This document shows, in pieces, positions 14,634-25,600 of a DNA stretch of 64,000 nt (position 1 is the stretch's first letter; each line of letters begins with the position of its first letter). The DNA comes from Octopus vulgaris. Taxonomy: Eukaryota. The stretch spans positions 82,460,001-82,524,000 of the forward strand of contig OX597814.1 of the NCBI GenBank assembly GCA_951406725.2, read 5' to 3'. Below the pieces are notes generated by a model. It did no database searches, was not told where the DNA came from, and was given only the letters and a program-made list of their open reading frames with translations. The translations under genes and the position numbers were made by a program.

Positions 14634-14682
<49 letters not shown>

Positions 14683-15261
14683 CAATGAAATTAGACATTA
14701 ATACAGTACAATAATTACAATCAATATGGTGAGATATAACTAAATAAATATAACAAGATATAAAAATACATTTACATTATAACTGACAGCTATTTCGGCC
14801 ATTAAGATAGGTATGTCTCATTTAACCTATTAGCCATATATTGCAGGTATAAATGAGACATTAACAAGAATATATTACGGCCTCTTCGGAGATTCTAATG
14901 CAAGTATGAGTACAAACCCTAAAATAATTTACATATAAATATGAATATGAGTGCATACATACTCATATTCTTACATACATATACATATACACAATAATAC
15001 AATATAAACAATATAAATCAATATACATCAACAAACACAATAATGTTCCATATTGAATGCCACAGCTCCTCAACCAAAATCAAGAAACCACAACAGACAC
15101 ACTCACACTCAATGCAGGAATATATATTAAACAGTTCAATATATTAAAATGTGTCACTTCACAAAAAGCCAATAAAGTTAATACCACCACCATAGTACCA
15201 TTCAAGGCAAATGGATAGATATATGTTATCCCATGGAGGGTTGAATTTACAACCCCTATCT

Positions 15262-15303
<42 letters not shown>

Positions 15304-15326
15304 GTGTGTGTGTGTGTGTATATATA

Positions 15327-15365
<39 letters not shown>

Positions 15366-15405
15366 TATGTATATATATATATATATGTATATATATATGT
15401 ATATG

Positions 15406-15436
<31 letters not shown>

Positions 15437-15457
15437 GTATATGTATATATATATATG

Positions 15458-15504
<47 letters not shown>

Positions 15505-17105
15505 ATGTATATATATATACATATCATCATCATCATCATCATCATCATTTAGCGTCCGTTTTCCATGCTAGCATGGGTTAGACGGTTCAACGCCAACCAC
15601 TCCGAGAGTGTAGTGGGTGATTTTATGTGCCACCGACACAGGTGCCAGACGAGGCTGGCGAACGGCCACGCTTGGATGGTGTTTTTATGTGCCACCGACA
15701 CAGGTGCCAGACGAGGCTGGCAGACGGCCACGCTCGGATGGTGTTTTTATGTGCCACCGACACAGGTGCCAGATGAGGCTGGCGGACGGCCACGATCGGA
15801 TGGTGTTTGTTACGTCCCCAAAGCACAGAGGCCAGTCTATGCGGTACTGGCTACGGCCACGTTCGGATGATTTTCTTGTGTGCCACCGGCACTGGTACCA
15901 CAAAGATACAAATTCCATTGATGTTCATCTATTTTGATTTGTTTTGATTTGATTTGATTTTCACTTGCCTCAACAGGTCTTCACAAGTGTCACAAGAAGG
16001 AAGGTATGCACAGGTGGACTGACTACGTCCCAGGTAGGGGCCACGGGTTATGGCCTGACTAGTCTTGCCGGGTCTTCGGATGGTGTTTTTATGTGCCACC
16101 GACACAGGTGCCAGATGAGGCTGGCGAACGGCCACGATCGGATGGTGTTTGTTATGTGCCCACAGCATGGAGGCCAGTCGATGCGGTACTGGCTACGGCC
16201 ACGTTTGGATGGTTTTCTTGTGTGCCACCGGCACTGGTACCACAAAGATACAAATTCCATTGATGTTCATCTATTTTGATTTGATTTGATTTGATTTTCA
16301 CTTGCCTCAACAGGTCTTCACAAGTGTCACAAGAAGGAAGGAAGGTATGCACAGGTGGACTGACTACGTCCCAAGTAGGGGCCACGGGTTATGGCCTGAC
16401 TAGTCTTGCCGGGTCTTCGGTTGGTGTTTTTATGTGCCACTGACACAGGTGCCAGATGAGGCTGGCGAACGGCCACGATCGGATGGTGTTTGTTATGTGC
16501 CCACATCACAGAGGCCAGTCGATGCGGTACTGGCTACGGCCACGTTCGGATGGTTTTCTTGTGTGCCACCGGTACTGGTACCACAAAGATACAAATTCCA
16601 TTGATGTTCATCTATTTTGATTTGGTTTGATTTGATTTGATTTGATTTTCACTTGCCTCAACAAGTCTACACAAGTGTCACACACTTGCCTCAACAGGTC
16701 TTCACAAGTGTCATAAGTAGGAAGGTATGCACAGGTGGACTGACTACGTCGCCGGGTCTTCGGATGGTGTTTTTATGTGCCACCGACACAGGTGCCAGAT
16801 GAGGCTGGCAAACGGCCACGATCAGATGGTGTTTGTTGTGCCCACAGCACGGAGGCCAGTCGATGCGGTACTGGCTACGGCCACGTTCGGATGGTTTTCT
16901 TGTGTGCCACCGGTACTGGAACCACAAAGATACAAATTCCATTGATGTTCATCTATTTTGATTTGGTTTGATTTTTACTTGCCTCAACAGGTCTTCACAA
17001 GTGTCACACGTGTCACACACTTGCCTCAACAGGTCTCCACAAGTGTCACACACTTGCCTCTGCCTCAACAGGTCTTCACAAAGTGTCACACACTTGCCTT
17101 TGTAT

Positions 17106-17136
<31 letters not shown>

Positions 17137-18495
17137 CTTTATTTTAAGCAGCAGAAAATTCAACAAAATCTGTTACTCTGAGTTTCTCGTTGCCGTTCAT
17201 CAGACAGTTTTTGCTAGAATGGAACATATATATTAATTCAATCTATACTCTTACAAACACTACACCTTTAAAAAGAAATGGACTTGTTTGATTGGCCCTT
17301 TAGAAAAAACGGTCAATCTTCGAGCGATAAACAAAAAGGTCAAAAATATATGTATATATATATATAAAAACTTATAAAAATTATAAAATCCGAGGAAAAT
17401 ACCGAGGAAAAAACCTGTTGCCGTTAATGAAGACAGTACAAATTAATGCATAGAAATTAAACCTGTTATAAATACTGCAATACATATTTATATTAAAATC
17501 CACATATATATATCAACATACACAAAAGGATGCGCGTAAACGCCATACATACACATACAGACGTATGAATATGAATCTAAATTATACACATAAAAGCATG
17601 TGTACATATATTCACGCAAACCGTCTCGCACTTGCGTGCGAGACGGTTTGCGTGAATATATGTACACATGCTTTTATGTGTATAATTTAGATTCATATTC
17701 ATACGTCTGTATGTGTATGTATGGCGTTTACGCGCATCCTTTTGTGTATGTTGATATATATATGTGGATTTTAATATAAATATGTATTGCAGTATTTATA
17801 ACAGGTTTAATTTCTATGCATTAATTTGTACTGTCTTCATTAACGGAACATTTTTCCTCGGTATTTTCCTCGGATTTTATAATTTTTATAAGTTTTTATA
17901 TATATATATACATATATTTTTGACCTTTTGTTTATCGCTCGAAGATTGACCGTTTTTTCTAAAGGGCCAATCAAACAAGTCCATTTCTTTTTAAAGGTGT
18001 AGCGTTTGTAAGAGTATAGATTGAATTAATATATATGTTCCATTCTAGCAAAAACTGTCTGATGAACGGCAACGAAACTCAGAGTAACAGATTTTGTTGA
18101 ATTTTCTGCTGCTTAAAATAAAGCATATTACTCTACCACTGGTATCTTGATGTTGTAACATTGTAATTGCCGTATAAACTGTTGTTTGAATATAAGCCAG
18201 TGTTGCCAGTTGTTGCCTTGCCTCTTTGGGTTGTATCTCGGGTTGTGCCTCTGTATCTCTGTGCTGTTGAGGTTGTGGCAGTATCTATCTGTATCTCCTC
18301 TCTCCGCCTCTTTGGGTTCCGTGGCGGAACTAGTGAGTGTGCGAGCCGTTCGGGACGAGCGACGACGGGCGATTCCAGTCCGTTCCGTAACAATATATAG
18401 CCGTATATATATATTATATATATATATAGCCTATATATCACATATATAGTATATATATACCCATAGCATGGATATATACGGATATAACGATGATA

Positions 18496-18562
<67 letters not shown>

Positions 18563-21500
18563 TATATATATGTAATATGTATATATATTTGACAGCCAAA
18601 TGTGGAGTCCTGTATGGAACAGTGCTATTGATGTTTATAGCCCCACGAAGACATCTCTTCCAGCTAGCTAATGATACACATTCCGATTAGTATTTGCGAG
18701 GGGAAGTCATCGCTTCTATCCCTAGCCTTACATGATACACATGGACTCAAGTTCCTGGGTGGTTACCCGCACTCAACGTATGCTAATCACCAGCTAGTGA
18801 TGGAAACTCACCCCACTCACAAAATATTATATGCTTTTTCCAGCTAGTGATTAACACATGCTGAAGAAGGGTAACCACCCAGAAACTCGAGTCCTTCATC
18901 ATCATCATCATCATTGTTTAATGTCCACCTTCCATGCTGGCATGGGTTTGACTGAGGACTGGTGAGCCAGATGGCTGCACCAGGCTCAGTCTGATCTGGC
19001 AAAGTTTCTACAGCTGGATGCCCTTCCTAACGCCAACCACTCCAAGAGTGTAGTGGGTGCTTTCACATGCCACTGGCATGAGGGCCAGTCAGGTGGTTCT
19101 GGCAACAACCACGCTCAAAAGGTGTTTTTTACGTGCTACCTGTATGGGAGCCAGAAATGTTGTTTCTCACGTGCCACCAGCACATGTCCCAGTAAGGTGA
19201 TGCTGGCAATGATCACACTTGAATGGTGCTTTTTACATGCCACTGGCACAGGAGCCAATCCATGGCCCTGGCAATTATCACGTTCAGATGTGCTTTTAAT
19301 GATCCACTGGCATGAGTGCCAATCAGGCAGTACTGTCATTGGCCACATCAGCAATTTTGATTTCACTTGCCTCAATAGGTCTTTGCAAGCAAAGTTTATT
19401 GTCCAATGAATAAGGGGTACTCATAAGTGGACTCATTACACCCACTGGCATAGGCCATGGGCTATGGTCTCATTTGGCTTGTCAGGTCTTCTCAAGCACA
19501 GCATATCTCCAAAAGTTTCAGTCACTAGTCATTGCCTCAGTAAGGCCCAATGTTCGAAGGTCATGCTTTACCACCTCATCCCAGGTCTTCCTGAGTCTAC
19601 CTCTTCCACAGGTTCCCTCAACTGTTAGGGTGTGACACTTTTTCACACAGCTGTGCTTATTCATTCCCAACACATGACCATATCTGCACAGTCATCTATC
19701 TTGCACACCACATCTGATGTTTCTTAAATCCAACTTTTCTCTCAAGGTGCTTACATCCAGCATAACATACTGGCTTCATTCCTTGCAAGCTTATGCATGT
19801 CCTCAGCAGTCACAACCCATGTTTCACTGCGATGTAGCATGGCTGTTTGTACACATATGTCATACAGTCTACATTTTATTCTGAGCGAGAGGCCTTTTGT
19901 CACCAGCAGAGGTAGGAGATCTCTGAACTTTGCCCAGGCTATTCTTATTCTCGCAGCTACATTTTTAGAGCATTCACCCCTGCTACAGACTTGGTCACCT
20001 AGGTAACGGAAGCTATCAACTACTAGTTTTTCACCCTGGAATGTGGCAGAAGCTGTTCTCTGCACATTTTCATTGTTTATAGTACCTAAGCATTTGTCGC
20101 ATACAAAAACTATCTTCCTTTGATATTGCTGCACCTCTTATGTGTCCATAGCTTACACTAGGTACATATTATGGTGTTTCTACCTATGCCTTTTCTAAAG
20201 ATCGAGCAGGGCAATTTACTTGAAGGGATTTGTGATTTGTTTGCCTTCCTACTTATTAAGACTTTGATTTTAGCTAAGTTGACTCCAAAGCCCTTCGATT
20301 CTAATTCTTGCTTCCACGCCTGCAACTTTTCCTCTAGTTCTGACAGTGACTCAGCAATTAAAGCAAGGTCATCAGCATAGAGGAGCTCCTGGGAGCATCC
20401 TGTCTTGAATTCTTCTGTTATTGCCAGGAGGACTATGATGAATAAAAAGGGGGTTGAGGACTGATCCTTGGTGGACCCCTACCCCTACCAGAAATTCTTA
20501 CTGACAGCATCCCTGTACATGGCTTGTACAGCTCTCATTTACCATTCCTCTATCCCTAGTTTCCACATTGACCACCAGATAAGGGATCAGGGGACCCTGT
20601 CAAAGGCTTTCTCCATGTCAACAAAAGCCAGGTACAAAGGTTTATCTTTGGCTAGGTATTTTTCCTGCAGCTGTCTTACCAGAAATATAGCATCAGTGGT
20701 GCTTTTCCCTTGTACGAACCCAAATTGCATCTCGTCTAAACTGACTCTCTCCCTAATTACCTGATTCAACAACTTGATACTTCTGTAATTATTTGTATCT
20801 AAAGTGTCACCTTTACCTTTGTAGCAGTTGACTATCATGTTGCTACACCAGTCATTGGGTATGACTCCTTCGTGTATCACCTGGTTAACTATGCGGGTGA
20901 CTAGCTATAGCCGACACTGCCAGATATTTTGAGCATCTCTGCAGTAATTTCTGATGGGCTGGGGGCTTTCCCTGTCGTCATACTTTTAATTGCTTTATCT
21001 ACCAAGGTACTGTCAACTCGGATAACTGGTCCCTCTGTTGGGTCGACATTTGGCAGACTCTCCAAACCTCTCTCTTTGCATCCTCATTTGGCGTAAGTGA
21101 ACCATCATCCATGTGAACACATTTCTCTCCTACATCACAATTCTCTCTCACACACTGTCTTGCAACACGAAATACCTCAAGTCTTTGGTCTTCACGGCGC
21201 AGAACATTGGCAAAGTTTTTCTTATCTGCTTCCCCTCTGGTTAAATAAACCTGTCTCCTAGCTTCCCTTCAAGCAATCTGATACAATTCCCTGCTTCCAT
21301 CATTCTTCCAGTCCTTCCAAGCCTGTTTCTTTTCCTTAATGGCCCTGTCAACAACATTGTTCCACCACCACATTAACTTGGGTCAAGAGGGGACTTTGCA
21401 CCATCCGTAGATCTGGTCAGTGGCCCTCAGCAGGTTGTCCCATAAAAACTTCCAGTTGTCTTCCACATCATGTGATGCTATATCCCCCTCTATTTCATCA

Positions 21501-22566
21501 AAAGCTTTGAGTAATACGTCTCTAAATCTGTCCATTCGCAGGATCTTTAAGCTTCCAGACCCTTCTTCTCCATGCTGGTTGTCTTCTGGGCATCCACTTA
21601 GCCCTGATCCTGAAGTTGCTAACTACTAGTCTATGTTGTGGGGTACATTTTTCGCCTGGGAAGGTTTTGGCATTTATAAGCAGCGATCTTTCCTTTTTCC
21701 TGGCAAGGATGTAGTCAATTTGGCTAGTGTGCCTACCAGATCGGTAGGTGACTGGCAGGTTTCCTGAAGTTAGTATTGCAAACCATAAGATCATTTGTAT
21801 CACAGAACTCCAGCAGCCTGGTTCTCTCCATATTGTGGGAACCAAAACCATAACCTCCATGTATGCCATAGGAGCCCCCTGCATGTTGTCCAACATGTCC
21901 ATTGAAGTCACCAGCCACAAAGAGAAGGTCCTTGTCAATCGTCAATGAGGTAGTCTGCAAGAGGGTGTCATAAGATCGGTCTTTCTGTCCATCAGGTTTT
22001 CTGGGAAGAGTGGAATACAGTTTATCACAGGTCTGCTCTATCAGAAATGACCTGGGGATAAACAATAACAACTTAATGTTGGTATTAATAGTATCGTTTG
22101 TTAATTTAGTATATGTATAATGATAAGATTAATAGTAATATCTGTTATAGTAATACCATTTGTAACATTAGATAACAAAGATAATAATAATTTGTACCTT
22201 GCTACTGCTGCAAGAAGCATCACTCAGGACAACAAAAAGCTCAGGATAATTCATCCTTATTGATGAAAGATCAATAACAGTTGTAGCAAGCAAAGGAACA
22301 AGGCCTACTAGTGATCGTATGCAGAGTGGAATGATTGTGTCAGATTCTTGTGAAAGCAGCATATCATAGAAGAATTTATCGTCCTCATGCCAAAATCCTG
22401 GAAAAGTGAGAAAGTATTACAACTACAACAGACAGAGTAGTCTTAATGCTTCAAATACAAAACACTAATATGGCATGATTAAAAAATAACCAGTTCATAT
22501 CCATACTGTACTGCAAATGGTTGGTGATAGGAAGGGCATTAAGCTGTAAAAATCATGCACCCTCCT

Positions 22567-22605
<39 letters not shown>

Positions 22606-25600
22606 ACAGTATATACAACAACAAAAACTGGAACACCACTGCTTTCAGAAGGAGCCTCTAAATCAGGGTTCTTTAATCTTTGTATGATTCCAGACTCCCA
22701 AAGGATTGTTATTCACTGTGGCTCATGACATCCCTTCTTTAGACTTTCAAAAAAAAAATCATCCTCATTACCATCAGTCCTATCAGTTGCCAGTACTTGA
22801 AAGTATGGGTAACAAAATACTGTCTCATCACAACACCACTGTTAACCAACATTAGCACCAATGTTTCTGCAGAGAACCTCAACAACATAAAGCCAGAACA
22901 AATAATATCTTTATTCACTGCTCTAGAAATTTCATTACTCCACAGCTCTTTGTCTGAAGCTCGAACAATTCTGCCAGCTCAACACTCTAATTGAATTATG
23001 TGACAAAACTATATATTATCACTCACTGGACATCACTATTGCAAATTTCAAATCACTAGGATTCATAAGGACTGTCTGTTAGTAAACCCATAATCTGAGC
23101 AATTATTGATACAGATAATATACATATCACCAGCTGTTTAGATTCAGGATTATCAATGAACAAATATATATTAGTGACAGAGACAGTATTAAATCAGGAA
23201 GTAATACTTATCAGCACTTAAATGTGGATGTTCTGTTAGAGAATAAACTATATTGCAGTAGTTACCAGGACGGAAACTCTCCTATTGGCTGTTTGACTCG
23301 TTTATATCATTAGTGAGGAAATAAATCCCCACTACCTCCAACACTGAGACCACTAGATCATGTGATTTCAACCTTGTTTGGTCTTGACTGCTAGAGGCAA
23401 CAGCAATTCATATCCCCACCACTGATATATATATTGACAGTGCCAGAACAGGAACTGGTGTCATGATTAGCCGGTTAGCTTGTAAAAAAAATATATTAGC
23501 AACAGAGGCATTATTAATACCAAGAGGTAATATCTATCCCCACTTAAAAGTGGATGTTCTATTAGACAAGATCAAACAAAGTCAAAATCATGTGATCTGG
23601 TGGTAGTGGAGATTTATCTTCCCACTAGCTATATAAACAAGAAGCCAGTATGAGAGTTTCTGTCATGGCAACTATCGCAGTATAATTTGTTCTAATAGAA
23701 CATCCATGTTTAAGTGGGAACAAATATTACTAATGAACAATCCTGACGAAAGTCTACTTTCCCTGCTAGCTTAAAACTTCCAGCAGAAATGTCAATAAGT
23801 GGTTTTTAAAAATGAAATGAAATGGTAAATTATTTTCTTAGTTTTGAAAATATGTTCTAAATAAAATAAAAATAAAATGCCCCCCCCCCCTCACTCACTC
23901 ACCCTCTCTTTGTGTCTGACGGCCTCAAAAATGTCCCACAAGCTAATTATTATATGCAAACCTACATAATAAATATACAAATTTGACAAATTTAACTATT
24001 TCCCTGTAGATTGAAAAAAATGATGTGGCTGTGTGGTAAGTAGCTTGTTTACCAACCACATGGTTCCGGGTTCAGTCCCACTGCGTGGCACCTTGGGCAA
24101 GTGTCTTCTACTATAGCCTCGGGCCGACCAAAGCCTTGTGAGTGGATTTGGTAGACGGAAACTGAAAGAAGTCAATAGTATATATGTATTTATATATATA
24201 TGCGTGTGTGTGTTTGTGTGTCTGTGTTTGTCCCCCTAGCATTGCTTGACAACCGATGCTGGTGTGTTTATGTCGCCGTTACTTAGCGGTTCAGCAAAAG
24301 AGACCGATAGAATAAGTACTGGGCTTACAAAAGAATAAGTCCCGGGGTCGAGTTGCTCGATTAAAGGTGGTGCTCCAGCATGGCCACAGTCAAATGACTG
24401 AAACAAGTAAAAGAGAGAAAAAAAGAGAGAGAGTCTGTATCAATTTTTGAACAGTCAGAGGTGTCTACATCACTTGACCACTCCCTGACAAATAAGTAGC
24501 CAATTTGTTTATATGCACAAAAAATCTAGTGGCTTCAAAGAACTATAAGTATTCAACACTTTAAAGAAAATGAACTTACCAGCTTTGTTAGTAGATTGAG
24601 ATCCATTTTCAGCTATAAGTAAAAAATGTCTAAAAAATTGTGTTGCTATATCTGCATAATCTGGGTCAGTTTTAATGAGCTCAATAGCCATTTCAAACAT
24701 TTTCACACAAAAAAATGCCATCCATCCAGTGGCATCAGCCTATAGAAGAGATTAATCAAAATATTTGGTAAGCATCTCAGAAATAATAACTGAAATTATT
24801 GTTTTTTTTTTAAAAAGTTATGTTGAAAGTTAATTTTCACCAAAAAATGTAACACAAAATACAACCTGAGAATAAGCATAAGTCTAAATAAATTTAAAAA
24901 TAACTATTGCTAAAATTCCTTTCATTCACAAGGAGAGGTAATTGAAAGTATGACCAAAAAAATTTTCTTATGGTTAGGATACCAATTTAACTTAGGTAAC
25001 ACTCAAATGATTTGATGTCTATTCATTGTATCAATACCTTGTGAATGGAATTTGGTAAAAACAAACAGTGCAGGAGTTCATTGTATCTATATGTACACAT
25101 ATGTGTGTATGTATACCTGTGTATGCAAGTATGTGTGTATATAGATGTGCATAATGTGCTTGTGCTTACAGTTACAGTCGTTAAAACAAAACTGATCAAA
25201 AACAAAACCAGTACCAGACTGAAATAATTACTGGGATTAATATGATAAACAGAAAAAAAAACCCAAAACAAAAGAACTTAGCTATAGCCCAACAACTGAA
25301 ATCAGCAATGGATAAAATGAACAGAAACATGTATAATTAAATACTATGCAATAACACAACAAAACAACTGCAGTAGATTTGAAGTCAAGAATGATAAGCT
25401 GACTGCTTAGATCTTCATTTTACTTCTGTAAAGCTTATATTATGTAGGAAATGAGTAAATTATTCAAATTCACAAGAAAGTTATTTAAATTTTGAGGCAC
25501 AATTAACATGCTCAAACTTATTTAGCAGTTAAGGTTATATTCTATCTAATGGAGCAGATGTATATGAAATATAACATCTATGCATGCACACTTGTATATC

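Larger units (their letters stand above)
13311..14636. mobile_element. Inverted-repeat element (arms 13311-13689 and 14108-14485, 418-bp spacer) between (TA)n tracts; Penelope-like inverted pLTR
   Basis: Arms are near-identical reverse complements (about 3 differences seen); each contains a hammerhead motif; the right unit extends about 150 bp further to (TA)n. Confidence 0.8.
17137..18123. mobile_element. ~1-kb near-perfect palindrome (arms 17137-17631 and 17636-18123, 4-nt loop TTGC) with terminal hammerheads; Penelope-like
   Basis: Centre ...ccgtctcgcac-ttgc-gtgcgagacgg...; only a few small differences between arms; TA-rich tract on the left. Confidence 0.88.

Noticed and set aside
15211-15581. 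Several ORFs rich in Y/I/H/M/C/V
   Set aside because: Translations of (TA)n/(TG)n/(CAT)n microsatellites; the same applies to 813-1367, 18133-18561 and 50851-51194
15565-16971. Repeated ORFs and a regularly spaced repeat resembling a CRISPR array
   Set aside because: The units are tandem with no unique spacers, there are no cas genes, the context is eukaryotic, and the sequence derives from an RTE 3'UTR
24025-24100. tRNA-like A/B boxes
   Set aside because: Head of a multicopy SINE, with no complete cloverleaf
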